Positions 10,271 to 19,566 of a stretch of 64,000 bases of DNA are shown here, piece after piece (position 1 is the first letter of the stretch; each line of letters begins with the position of its first letter). This stretch comes from a virus. Taxonomy: Duplodnaviria > Caudoviricetes. The notes under the pieces were generated by a model. That model was not told the DNA's origin. It searched no databases and saw only the letters and a list, made by a program, of their open reading frames with translations. A program made the position numbers and the translations under genes. The stretch covers positions 1-64,000 of IMG/VR virus record IMGVR_UViG_3300036833_000307; one strand, 5' to 3'.

Positions 10271-13108
10271 CTATGGGTTCGCAGGGTTGGGCAGGTCCGC
10301 CCACCGGTTGTGGCGATGTAGCAGACCTGCGGTTAGCGCTGTCGCTCCTCCCAACGCTGCACCCGCGGCGACAGCCTTCCGCGAGGCCCGAACTTTCACC
10401 CCTGCACGAACCACTTTCGCCCGGTGCATCGGTGCCATCGACGCTAGCAACTTCCCGCGCGCGCGTCCGCGCGAAAGCGCGGCAGCCAGGGCGCCCCCGG
10501 CGATCGCGCCGACGGCGGCACGTTCCGCCGGATGCTGCTGGAGATGATGCACCGCTGGTATCGCCGCCGCCCCAGCCAGAACGCCAGCCGTCGCAGGATG
10601 GCGCCGGGTGGCTCCGGCAATGCCGCGGCCAACCGCGCCAACGACCCGGCCAGCCGTCTTGATGCCGAACGCCTTGCCGAGCAGCGGCGCAGTAGCCGCG
10701 TGAAACTCCTGTACCTTCTGTTGCAGCGCCTCTCTACGCTTCTTCTCGCTGACGATCAGGCCTCCAGCCAGCGCCGCGGTCGGTGCAAGACCCGCGGTTC
10801 GACCAATATGGCCGCCGATCCGCGCGCCACGTTCGCCGCCGATCCCGGCGCCAACCATGCGGCCCAGGCGATAACCTTTGGATTTGGGCAGGAAGCCGCC
10901 CATCGCCTCGGCTTCCGCCATCGCTGCGGCCACTCGTGGATGGCCAAACACCCGGTGCGACAAGCCGCGGCCGAACTGCATGGCGTTGCCGATAACGCCC
11001 TTGCGCACCTGGCCCTGCTCCGGTTTTGGCGGTTTCACCGCCCTACCCGCCCGGTAAGCCGTGTAGGCCAACGGGACGTAGTCGCTAGCAAGTCCGATAT
11101 GGCCGCCGATCTTGGCGCCGCGCGCGCCACCGACGCCGGCACCCGCCATGCGTCCAGCGACCATTCCCGGAGCGAGCGCCGATTTCACGCCATGCTGGCG
11201 CACCGTCGCCACGCCCTCGCGACCAGCACGGGATGCACCACGGCCAACGCCGCGGGCAGCACGAGCGCCCAGCCGCAGCGCCGAACCGGCGATGCCGGTG
11301 AAGACTTTTTCGAGAGAATTGCCCAAAATCGGGCCGATTTCGGGATAAAATCCCGCCGAATACGCTCCTTCGATCTTGCCGAAACCGCGCCCGGCACCGA
11401 GCTGCCAACGCTCCTGGCGGGTGACGCCGCCACCCAGCGCATGGCGCAGGCCGCGCTGGGTATTCAATCTCAGCGTCATCCGCCGTCGGTGCATCCGCGG
11501 CCGCATGGCGCGCCGCAGCAACAGCGCCGGGCTCGAGGAGTAATTGCCGAACGAAGGCTCGGAATAGGGATTGCTGAGCGGGAAGCTGGCATTGACCTTG
11601 CGCAGCTCCGGGTCGGGCTGCGCGGCGAACGCAATCGGCACTGTCTTGCCCAAGAGATGCCGCTCAACCCGGCGGGCGGCGTGTTTTACGTGCAGCTTCG
11701 GATGAAAGCGCAGCGCGCGAGAAGCGCCAGCTATTCGGCTGAAAGTCTCCTCAGATGCAGGGATATCAAGGCGCGGAAGGCTGCCATGTGCAGTTCGTGA
11801 TGGCATGGCCGACATAGCCAATCCACCTCCAGTGGTTTTCCGTAATCCTGGTGATGTCTCTGCACCGCTGTCACCGAACCGCACAACCGGCATGGCTGCC
11901 GTTGTAATCGACCGCGGCGCGTGTACGTCGAGGCGTAAGACCGTGCGATGTCCTTCTTCTTCTGTTCCTCGTTGAGCGGATGATCCTTTCGCCATTCTCG
12001 CATGTAAGCGGCGTGACAGCCCCGGCAGTACCGCTGTCCCGATGACGCGTTCCGTTCCCGACACCTTGAGCAGAGACACTTGTGTTCCACGTGGGTCAAT
12101 CTTTCGCAGGCGTTTCAACCGTGAAACACGATAGAGAAGGCCGTCAGGCCTTGCACTCCCCTGGTCGGTCGGACCGCGACCGGGCGAGCGGACCACCCCA
12201 GTCGCGTTGGTCCAGCTTTTGGCCAGTTTCACAAGCCTTTCGTTGGGCCTCATGCGATACCGCTCCGTCCCAGTCAGCTTGCCGTGCTTGCGGCTGCGAA
12301 ATTTGTGGCCGAATTGCTGCTTGAACGGCTCAAAGGCGCCGGACGGCGCTTCGGTATGCAACCGATCGAACGTTCGCCGATGAGCGTAGCGCATGAACCG
12401 TTCGAGCGGCCGAAACTGCCGCCGCGCCACCGTATCCATTTTGAAATCGTAATCGCCAACCCCAGCGCGGTGCAACGCCAGCAGCGAGGCATGCTTGAAG
12501 GCCCGGGACGCAACACTGCGGGGCGTATCCTTCGGGATTAAGCCTTTCTCGTAGCCGCGTTCGATTGCGCCCGCCTGGTGTTCGCGCACCACGCCGACCG
12601 CGTGCTGCAGCACCGCCCTCATCTTCGGATGGCGCATCGCCTCGACGAAGACCTCGGGGTTCTCCACCACCAGATCCCTGTGGACTTTACTGGCGCCTGC
12701 CCGATAGCGGGCACCGGCGATCTTGCCACCGCGGGTAGCGGGCGCTTCAGACAGCATCTCGGCCACCAGCGGGCGCCCCTTCTGCCGCGGCGCCTGCTCG
12801 CCGGGCGGACTGCGGTAGGCGTCCGGAAAATGCAACCGGAAGCGAGCATTGATGGACCCAACCGGCGCTTCGGTAGTGCGGGTATCCCACACGCTGCGCC
12901 CGGCCCTGGTACCGCCCCGCGCCTGGCCCTGGCGGAACAGGCCGACCGCCGCGCGGGAGGGTGCGCCGGTCGAGCCCTGCCGCACCGAGGGCGCGGTTTC
13001 GCCGGGATGGCCAGCACGCCTGGCACGTGCCGACGCCTTGCCCGCTTCCGAGCGCTGGCGGCGCTCGGCCTCGCTCAATAGGCCGGTAGTGTCACGCTTG
13101 CGGAGCAC
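10271..13108 (-). CDS. Very basic 945-aa protein, probable internal head polyprotein
   Basis: Arg/Gly/Ala-rich glycine-zipper-like blocks separated by L/M/V-x-K motifs; lies in the head module between portal and gpF genes. Confidence 0.7.
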   Translation of the reverse strand: MLRKRDTTGLLSEAERRQRSEAGKASARARRAGHPGETAPSVRQGSTGAPSRAAVGLFRQGQARGGTRAGRSVWDTRTTEAPVGSINARFRLHFPDAYRSPPGEQAPRQKGRPLVAEMLSEAPATRGGKIAGARYRAGASKVHRDLVVENPEVFVEAMRHPKMRAVLQHAVGVVREHQAGAIERGYEKGLIPKDTPRSVASRAFKHASLLALHRAGVGDYDFKMDTVARRQFRPLERFMRYAHRRTFDRLHTEAPSGAFEPFKQQFGHKFRSRKHGKLTGTERYRMRPNERLVKLAKSWTNATGVVRSPGRGPTDQGSARPDGLLYRVSRLKRLRKIDPRGTQVSLLKVSGTERVIGTAVLPGLSRRLHARMAKGSSAQRGTEEEGHRTVLRLDVHAPRSITTAAMPVVRFGDSGAETSPGLRKTTGGGLAMSAMPSRTAHGSLPRLDIPASEETFSRIAGASRALRFHPKLHVKHAARRVERHLLGKTVPIAFAAQPDPELRKVNASFPLSNPYSEPSFGNYSSSPALLLRRAMRPRMHRRRMTLRLNTQRGLRHALGGGVTRQERWQLGAGRGFGKIEGAYSAGFYPEIGPILGNSLEKVFTGIAGSALRLGARAARGVGRGASRAGREGVATVRQHGVKSALAPGMVAGRMAGAGVGGARGAKIGGHIGLASDYVPLAYTAYRAGRAVKPPKPEQGQVRKGVIGNAMQFGRGLSHRVFGHPRVAAAMAEAEAMGGFLPKSKGYRLGRMVGAGIGGERGARIGGHIGRTAGLAPTAALAGGLIVSEKKRREALQQKVQEFHAATAPLLGKAFGIKTAGRVVGAVGRGIAGATRRHPATAGVLAGAAAIPAVHHLQQHPAERAAVGAIAGGALAAALSRGRARGKLLASMAPMHRAKVVRAGVKVRASRKAVAAGAALGGATALTAGLLHRHNRWADLPNPANP
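11731..12099 (-). CDS. HNH-like zinc-finger endonuclease nested out of frame in the 945-aa ORF
   Basis: CSRC...CRGC...QPCRLCG...RHHQDYGKPLEVDWLCRPCHHELH; same family as 52697-53167. Confidence 0.75.
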   Translation of the reverse strand: MTHVEHKCLCSRCRERNASSGQRYCRGCHAAYMREWRKDHPLNEEQKKKDIARSYASTYTRRGRLQRQPCRLCGSVTAVQRHHQDYGKPLEVDWLCRPCHHELHMAAFRALISLHLRRLSAE

Positions 13109-13637
13109 GGCGTCTGGTCAGGAAAATCTCCCGCAGCGGGAGCAGTACCATCTTGGATTGGCCGCCATCGCCGCCGCAGCGCCAGTTGCCGCGTCTGTAT
13201 TGCTCACGCGCTAGTTCCAGCAGGACCTCTCGCGGGAACATCAGGTAGCAGAACACTTTGCCATTACGGCGCAACGCATGCACCCAGTAGCCAGCGGTGC
13301 TGGTCGCGATCCCTGACGGATGTCCGCGGCACCAGAATTCGAGCGCGAGGTTGAGGGTTTTCTCCCAAATCCATTTCTCGGTTTTCAGCTCGATCGTCTG
13401 GATGTCCCCTTCGGCAAAAATCTCGGCCAACCGCCGTTCTTCGATCAGCCCTTTATGCAACTGGATGTCGCGCTTTTTCCCTTTGGAGAAAGTCATCTTC
13501 TCGGTCTCTGGCGGTGCTGCCTGTTGCAACCGCACCACCGTTTTCTCCAGCGCGTGGAGTGCCTCGATCGCTTCCTCGAGCGTCAAGTTGCTCAGATGCA
13601 CGATCTCATCATTGACCCGAACAGCATCGACAATCAT
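13092..13637 (-). CDS. Phage protein, possibly restriction-endonuclease-like fold
   Basis: IELKTE...WEKTLNLALEF...PSGIATSTAGYWVH pattern. Confidence 0.55.
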   Translation of the reverse strand: MIVDAVRVNDEIVHLSNLTLEEAIEALHALEKTVVRLQQAAPPETEKMTFSKGKKRDIQLHKGLIEERRLAEIFAEGDIQTIELKTEKWIWEKTLNLALEFWCRGHPSGIATSTAGYWVHALRRNGKVFCYLMFPREVLLELAREQYRRGNWRCGGDGGQSKMVLLPLREIFLTRRRAPQA

Positions 13638-13858
13638 CGGCCGATCTCCCGGGTCTCGGACTGGATCTGAGGCTTCGACGCGCTGCGCTGATATCCGATC
13701 GCTTGTGCTTGCCGCTGATAGCCGGCCGCTTTTGCCTGCTGCAGCCGCACCAGCGCCTCTGTCACCGCATGGGAAGCCGCGATCGCCTGCTCGAGCGTCA
13801 ACTCCCGCAGCCGCACGATCCTCCCATCAAGGACGATCGCCTGGACATCACCCATCAC
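13634..13858 (-). CDS. Small hypothetical protein, paralogous to N-terminus of 13092-13637
   Basis: IVRLRELTLEQAI...VRLQQA vs IVHLSNLTLEEAI...VRLQQA. Confidence 0.6.
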   Translation of the reverse strand: MMGDVQAIVLDGRIVRLRELTLEQAIAASHAVTEALVRLQQAKAAGYQRQAQAIGYQRSASKPQIQSETREIGR

Positions 13859-15711
13859 CGCCTGCCTTTCATCCGTGCCGCATGCTGGCGGGCCACGCGC
13901 TCGCCCTCGGCCAGCGCCGCCTGTACCCCCGGATGCTGATGAAACGGAATGACATTGCCGGCGCCGCCCGGTACCACCTGATCGGTGGCTCCGCTCGAAG
14001 GCACCGAAATATTCGGATTGCGGCTGCCAAAGTCCACGCCGCCTGGCGCCGTCGGCTGATCCTGGTTTACCGGTGGTGCAGCACCAGCACCGCCAGCACC
14101 GCCAGCATGACCAGCAGCGTTAAGACTAGCGGAATTGCCCACCTCAGCGGGATCGATCCCGAGCGCCTGAAGGATTTCCGGCGGGAGGCTTTCGACGAGC
14201 TGGTCGACATTCTGGCCATTGCCGCCAGCCATTCCTGCACCTTCGGCACCTGGTGCGGGGGCTTGCGGCAATCCGGTGACGTCCCAGCCATTGGCGATGA
14301 CCTTCTTCACCCCGTCGATCGACATGAAGCCCATCGGGCCGATGCCACGGATGAATGGCGGCACGCCCAACGGCTCCATGCCGCGCTCGGTGCGGATGTC
14401 ATCGAGCGAGATCGCGCCCTCGTTAGCAAGCGTGACGTCGCGCTGCTCTTTCTCAGCCGGATCCACTTTCCTGACATCATCCCAAACCATCTCGATGTCG
14501 GCGAACCCGAACCACTGGACAATGATGAAATCGATCAGTCCCTTGATCCAGGTCATCAAGGGCATCAGGCCTTCCTGCAGCGCCTCTTCATACATCGTCT
14601 CGCCAGTCGCCCGGTTGACCAGGCGGACGAACGGTGTCGGCGGCAAGCTGAAGCAGAAGGCGATGATGCGGGCCAGCCACTCGTCGAACTGGTCGACCAG
14701 CGCCTCCGGCGAGCGCGTCATCACCGGCGATACCCCACCGGGAGCGAACCGCATTTTGCGGCGAGTGACAGCGTCGTTGACGACGCTATCCCAGTACGAC
14801 TGGAACTCGGCGATCTGCTGTGTCGACCAGTTCTGCGGCACTTGCCAGACCGCGTCCGGTATCGTGCCATCGGTGAAATAGGCGAGTTGCTGCGCCTGGC
14901 GCCGCAGCCCGATGTTCACCGTGACCAGTACTTGTTCCACACAGCTTTGGCCGTAGGCCTTATGGACGCGCCGGTTCCGCGGCGCATACAGCAACTCATC
15001 CTTGGTGAAATCGGCGGCGACGATGCCTTTGAGAATCTGCTGGTAGGCCGGACCTTCGGTCGGCGTACGGCCGTCGTAGTTCAACAGCGGCTTCACCGAA
15101 GCCCCGTCGATCAATTCGATCCCGATGGTCGAGCCGTCGCGCGCCCGCTTGCGCAGGATGGAGGCGGCATCGATGACCAGATGCTCCTCGGTCAGTTGCC
15201 CAATCCACTGCTGCCACTCGGTTTCGCCATCAGGCCGCTCGAACATCCGCTCGAGTTGCTGACAGCGCGCGTCGGCCTTCGGCCGGGTCGCCATGTCATT
15301 GGTCTTACGCGGCAGGATCGATTTCTTGAGGTTGCCGATCTGGTCCTTGCGGGTCTCGATCGCCAGCCGGATCAGGTCGTAGCCGCCGAGCGCCGGATCA
15401 GCGATCGAGCGCAGGAGATCGAAGCTGATCGGTTCGTAAGATCGCGGCGTGTAAATCGTGTTGTAGCTGGTCGGGTAGTCGAACCGCCGGCCGCCAGCAC
15501 CGGGCGCCACCGGATCGAGTGGCCGCCCTGGCGGAAAGAACGGCAATTCTGTCGAGCCTGGCTGATTGGCCCCGAGCCAGGAGCGGATCTGTCCGGAGAT
15601 GCGCGCGATCAGCCCGGGCTCAACCGGGGTCGAGGGCGCATTGTCCCGGCTGAGACCAGGCAGGTTCCAGGGCCTGGGATTAGGGTTCCAGGGCGACGGC
15701 GTCAGCGCCAC
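13855..15711 (-). CDS. Portal protein
   Basis: IELIDGASVKPLL...AYQQI...YGQSCVE...YFTDGTIPD...DEWLARIIAFCFSLPP...DDIRTERGMEP; downstream of TerL. Confidence 0.9.
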   Translation of the reverse strand: MALTPSPWNPNPRPWNLPGLSRDNAPSTPVEPGLIARISGQIRSWLGANQPGSTELPFFPPGRPLDPVAPGAGGRRFDYPTSYNTIYTPRSYEPISFDLLRSIADPALGGYDLIRLAIETRKDQIGNLKKSILPRKTNDMATRPKADARCQQLERMFERPDGETEWQQWIGQLTEEHLVIDAASILRKRARDGSTIGIELIDGASVKPLLNYDGRTPTEGPAYQQILKGIVAADFTKDELLYAPRNRRVHKAYGQSCVEQVLVTVNIGLRRQAQQLAYFTDGTIPDAVWQVPQNWSTQQIAEFQSYWDSVVNDAVTRRKMRFAPGGVSPVMTRSPEALVDQFDEWLARIIAFCFSLPPTPFVRLVNRATGETMYEEALQEGLMPLMTWIKGLIDFIIVQWFGFADIEMVWDDVRKVDPAEKEQRDVTLANEGAISLDDIRTERGMEPLGVPPFIRGIGPMGFMSIDGVKKVIANGWDVTGLPQAPAPGAEGAGMAGGNGQNVDQLVESLPPEILQALGIDPAEVGNSASLNAAGHAGGAGGAGAAPPVNQDQPTAPGGVDFGSRNPNISVPSSGATDQVVPGGAGNVIPFHQHPGVQAALAEGERVARQHAARMKGRR

Positions 15712-15712
15712 C

Positions 15713-16054
15713 TCAGAGCGCGCCCCAGACGGTCGCGATGGTCGTCACCGAGATCAGCCGCTTAATGGCAATGTGATACTGCACACCAGGCTGTACCGGC
15801 AGATTGACCACCGGCGTGGTGCTTTCCTTTGGTTCGAAGGTGATCTGGCCGGCGACATCGACCATGAAGCCGGAGACCCAGTTGACGTTGCCTTGCGGGG
15901 CATTGCGCTGCGGTAAGTTCGGCCCGGTGAGCGGACCCGGGCTGGGCGTCAGGACGAACATCTGGGTCCAGCGGTCGGAATACAGCGGATCCGGCATCGG
16001 GATTTTCCCTCCGGCATGGAGCCGGCAGGCGCCGGCGTCTTGGACCATAGTCAC
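15713..16054 (-). CDS. Hypothetical (possibly structural) protein
   Basis: Abuts the portal gene. Confidence 0.55.
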   Translation of the reverse strand: MTMVQDAGACRLHAGGKIPMPDPLYSDRWTQMFVLTPSPGPLTGPNLPQRNAPQGNVNWVSGFMVDVAGQITFEPKESTTPVVNLPVQPGVQYHIAIKRLISVTTIATVWGAL

Positions 16055-16084
16055 GCGGTTTCGGTCATTTCAACTGCGGCCAGG

Positions 16085-16420
16085 CTAGGCGAACCGTCCC
16101 GTCCGGGGTTCGACCTCGCGCGGGGAGACGGAGAAAGCGGTCAGCGGCTTGTTCGGCTTGCCGTCGTGGCGATAGGGCACCGTGGCGCTTTGGGTGTTCC
16201 AGAGCGCCATAACCTCCTCGATGGTGCGAAACCTGAGCGCCTCGCGCAAATTGTCGGTCATAATCACCTGACCGCGGCCGTCAAACGCCTCGGGATCGAA
16301 GCTCTTGAGATAGCGCATCCGTACCCGGCCCTGGATCAGATCGACCATGTGCCGGGTATGGCTCCGTTCGGTGAAGGGCACCGGCTCGGCAGCGATTTCC
16401 ATCACATAGGGCATTACCAC
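16085..16420 (-). CDS. Hypothetical phage protein
   Basis: YLKSFDPEAFDGRG...DGKPNKPLTAFSV; start uncertain. Confidence 0.6.
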   Translation of the reverse strand: MVMPYVMEIAAEPVPFTERSHTRHMVDLIQGRVRMRYLKSFDPEAFDGRGQVIMTDNLREALRFRTIEEVMALWNTQSATVPYRHDGKPNKPLTAFSVSPREVEPRTGRFA

Positions 16421-16584
16421 CAGCCGTAGCGCGGGCCGCCGATCAAGCCGACCAGCAGCAGGATCAACAGGATCACCAGTATGATGCTGAGCGGATCGCC
16501 CCAGGCCAGCCGACCGCCGCGATAGGCATAACCGCCACCGCCGAGCAGCAACACAATCACAATGATCAACAGGATCGTAATCAT
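16414..16584 (-). CDS. Small two-TM membrane protein (DUF3309-like)
   Basis: Manual translation MITILLIIVIVLLLGGGGYAYRGG...IILVILLILLLVG. Confidence 0.7.
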   Translation of the reverse strand: MITILLIIVIVLLLGGGGYAYRGGRLAWGDPLSIILVILLILLLVGLIGGPRYGWW

Positions 16585-16790
16585 CAGGGTCGCTTTTCGC
16601 GGCCTAACCGCCGCTTCTGCCGGGTGACGAAGTTAGCCAGCGCCTCCAGCAGCGAGAGGTCAAACTCGCCGCTCACCAACACCTTCAGTTGTTGGCCAGG
16701 GCCGCCTTCCTCGGTGAAGATTACCCGCTCAGGTGGGCTGGTGAGATGCAAGCCTGCGTCCATCGGCGGGTCCTCCCTCTCATCGCTCAT
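16584..16790 (-). CDS. Hypothetical protein
   Basis: MSDEREDPP... coupled to neighbours. Confidence 0.55.
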   Translation of the reverse strand: MSDEREDPPMDAGLHLTSPPERVIFTEEGGPGQQLKVLVSGEFDLSLLEALANFVTRQKRRLGREKRP

Positions 16791-17064
16791 GGCAATGCTG
16801 CCATAGCTCGCCGGCCAGTGGTACGGGATCGATGCCTGCCCGCTCCCACCAGGCCACTTCGTCGCCAGCATCCTCTACCGCGTCGTGACAGCGCCGGCAG
16901 AGCGGCACACAGAACTCATCGGAGACCTTCATGCCCATCGCTCTCGGCTGCATAAATTTGAGGTGGTGGGGATCGGAAGGCGGATCGGCACCGCAGACCA
17001 CGCAGCGGAGTGAGCCAACAAACCGGCGATGAGAGCGTGAGCGTTCATACCCAGACTTCTTCAA
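16780..17064 (-). CDS. DUF968-like HNH-fold zinc-binding protein
   Basis: CVVCG..SDPHHL...GMKVSDEFCVPLCRRCH. Confidence 0.8.
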   Translation of the reverse strand: MKKSGYERSRSHRRFVGSLRCVVCGADPPSDPHHLKFMQPRAMGMKVSDEFCVPLCRRCHDAVEDAGDEVAWWERAGIDPVPLAGELWQHCHER

Positions 17065-17344
17065 TTTCCGCTACGTCATCTGGATCACGCTGCAAGAATG
17101 TTAGTCCAAGCGGCAACATCGCCCGCAATTCATCGAGTGTGTCATGGATCATCACGAACCGGGTCGGCCGCGACGCTGGCAACGTAACATGCATCCGCGC
17201 CACCCATCGGCCAGGATATTCACGAGTGATCGGCCGATAGATCACCCACATCGGCAATCGCTTCCGCAACCGCCAGTGCAGCCGTGAGAAGTAGTCGGCG
17301 CTATTCACGCTGCGAGCCGTCAGGATTACGGGTGATCCCGACAT
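17045..17344 (-). CDS. Hypothetical phage protein
   Basis: WVIY...EYPGRWVAR...LDELRAMLPLGL...DDVAEIEEVW. Confidence 0.6.
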   Translation of the reverse strand: MSGSPVILTARSVNSADYFSRLHWRLRKRLPMWVIYRPITREYPGRWVARMHVTLPASRPTRFVMIHDTLDELRAMLPLGLTFLQRDPDDVAEIEEVWV

Positions 17345-17525
17345 TCACCCACATGGAACATTCGCGCAATTTACGCATGACATAGGTCTTGTCCGGACCG
17401 TCCGGCATCTCCTTCTCGAGCACACTGGTGAACAGTCCGAAAGCCGTGCGGCAACGGTCCATCGCCGTTCTCTGTTCGTCGGTCGGCACTAAATGCTGGA
17501 ATGTCGAACTATGCAGCATGGTCAT
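17301..17525 (-). CDS. Acb2/Tad1-like helical hairpin protein (candidate immune-signal sponge)
   Basis: STFQHLVPTDEQ...MPDGPDKTYVMRKLRECSMWVNVGITR resembles the F.YH.P..EQ...P..REKS.A..KLEE..MWAN.AI pattern. Confidence 0.6.
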   Translation of the reverse strand: MTMLHSSTFQHLVPTDEQRTAMDRCRTAFGLFTSVLEKEMPDGPDKTYVMRKLRECSMWVNVGITRNPDGSQRE

Positions 17526-17535
17526 CCCCGGGCTT

Positions 17536-17784
17536 TTAGTTCTTCGATCGCTTCGAGACCTGCACCTTGGTGTCCGGACCAAACCCGGTTGCCAGCAATT
17601 CGGTCAGCTCGGCTTCAGTGCGTCCGGAGAAGATCAGCACATCGATCGGCAAGTTCAGTTCCCTGCCGTCGATACGGATGTAGGTATCACTGGGTGCGGC
17701 GCGGAACTTGTCGAGATTGCCGTACGATAGACCAACGAACAGCACCTTGCGGCCATCGGGGGCTTGCCCGGTAGCTTTGATCAT
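17536..17784 (-). CDS. Hypothetical protein
   Basis: MIKATGQAPDGRKVLFVGLSYGNL... Confidence 0.6.
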   Translation of the reverse strand: MIKATGQAPDGRKVLFVGLSYGNLDKFRAAPSDTYIRIDGRELNLPIDVLIFSGRTEAELTELLATGFGPDTKVQVSKRSKN

Positions 17785-18909
17785 GGATCCCAGCTCCACT
17801 CGCGATAGGGCGGCCCCTGCGTCAACGGCGCCAACAGCACGACAGGCGGCAGGTTCGCAGTCTGCTGCACTTTGATCTCGGCGATCATCTGGCCGCCACA
17901 CATGAGGCAGCAGACATGCTGGCGAAACAAGGTCCTGAAGAAGATCGCCTTGCCGCGGCAGAAACCGCAGTCGATCCAGCTCGGCATCAGGCCATCGCGC
18001 TCATAGCGCTGGAAGTCGCCTGCCGCCCGCTTGGCCCGCCGGGACACTTCCGCCATCTGGCGCAGCTTGGCATCCCGGCGGTCCTCCCCCGTGCTCACAG
18101 GGCGTCCTCCTCCCCGTTGAAGGCCAGCAAGACCAGGAAGACCTGGCCGCCAATCGCTTCTATTATTCGATACTGCCAGATGTGCTGATTTATATGCGAC
18201 CGGGCGATGCCGCGCAACCAGGCGCCGCGTTCATTCCTTGCCTGGCGTTCGCCGCGGCCGCCGAAGGCGACGAACTCGTCGCCACTCTCGTATTCCGGTT
18301 CGATGCCCTCAAGGACCGCGGCGGCGGGATCAGCCACACAGCGGTCGGCCAGCGCCTCGCACTCCGCAGTCAACTCCCGCCATCGCTGGATGATCTTCTC
18401 GTTGGCCAGCTGCAAGCCCCCTTAGCGCAACACCATCCAGCCGCCGATGATCAGCAGCCAGCACACCACACCGATGAAGATCGCGTTCCTGATGCCGCGC
18501 AAGCCCTTTTCATTCAGTGCCGGTCGCGGCCACTTCATGCCGCTGGCGACGGATCAGGCGGTTGCCAATCTGCTTCTGGTTTTGGCATCGAAGCGGTCGT
18601 CTCGCTGATCAGCCGTACATTCAGCACCCGGTCCCGCGGAATCGTCCTGAGCGGCAACTCTTGGCGCAAGGTTGCGGCTTTACCGGCAGCGACCTCAGCG
18701 GCGATCGCCTGGGTGATAGTCAATTCGGTCGTACTCAACGCGACCGGATAAGCGTCCAGGATGGTCATCACGCCCTGGTTGCGCAGCTGCTCCGGCAGCG
18801 CCGGATCATCACGCAGTGTCTGCATGTACTGGATCCGCACCAGCAATCCGGTTTTTGCCGCGTGTTCGAACACCCGAAACTTCGCATCGGCATCATTGCC
18901 CCCACTCAT
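17781..18909 (-). CDS. Four small hypothetical genes (17781-18098, 18095-18415, 18422-18538 membrane peptide, 18535-18909)
   Basis: Overlapping or abutting ORFs in the leftward operon. Confidence 0.5.
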
Positions 18910-18921
18910 AGGAACTTCCCC

Positions 18922-19305
18922 CTATGCATCCACTATCGCTTCGACAGCGAAGAACCGGTCACCATCGTTGGCGGCTTTGCCTCGCCCGTCACGGAACCAG
19001 ATTATTCGCTGATGCACCGGCTGGCCGTGCCATTGGTCCCACACTAGCAAGCCGTCGATGTTGTCGGCGATCAGGATCGCCGCATGCGAGCTGCCATCGA
19101 GATTATTGCCATACGTGCCATCGGGCTCGAAGGTCGCGATCGCCGTGCCCGGCGTCAGATTCCCGCCGCGCACTTTCGGCCCGCGCCGCCAGGCCGCGGT
19201 CTCCGGGGTCTGCGCAGCGTTTCGTACGAACGCTGCACAGTGGCCGTCGCCCACGGTTCTGCCGCAATATTGCGCCGGCTTAAGCGCGACAAATCGCGAC
19301 GCCAT
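18922..19305 (-). CDS. NlpC/P60-type peptidoglycan amidase of the Tae2/BPSL0067-like family; probable endolysin
   Basis: VGDGHCAAFVR...WRRGPKVRG...GTAIATF...SHAAI...VWDQW (Cys/His dyad). Confidence 0.8.
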   Translation of the reverse strand: MASRFVALKPAQYCGRTVGDGHCAAFVRNAAQTPETAAWRRGPKVRGGNLTPGTAIATFEPDGTYGNNLDGSSHAAILIADNIDGLLVWDQWHGQPVHQRIIWFRDGRGKAANDGDRFFAVEAIVDA

Positions 19306-19566
19306 CTATCTCTCCCAACGTCCTCCGACCATCTCGGCTGAGGTCGGGATCGGGTAATCCCCGGCGGTGCGCGAGCCCAGCGCTCGCAGCCGGGCATCGA
19401 AGCTGGCAGCATAATCCTGGTGCAGCGCCAGCATGCGGGTGACCTCCTGGGCCAGCACGGCATGCCGGCGGCGCATGACGATGAACCGCCTGCCCAGCAT
19501 GACCACAACCAGCACCAGGACGACGAATTCGCCAGCGAGTGCAATCGCCAGCCATTCAACCGTCAC
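19306..19566 (-). CDS. Single-TM membrane protein (holin-like position)
   Basis: N-terminal hydrophobic helix; directly upstream of the amidase. Confidence 0.5.
   Translation of the reverse strand: MTVEWLAIALAGEFVVLVLVVVMLGRRFIVMRRRHAVLAQEVTRMLALHQDYAASFDARLRALGSRTAGDYPIPTSAEMVGGRWER

Noticed and set aside
12083-12128. parS-like sequences (TGTTCCACGTGGGTCA, plus half-sites here and at 48411)
   Set aside because: Two or more mismatches, no parAB in the window, and they lie within coding sequence.
13297-15765. 822-aa plus-strand ORF
   Set aside because: Antisense shadow of the portal gene in high-GC DNA.
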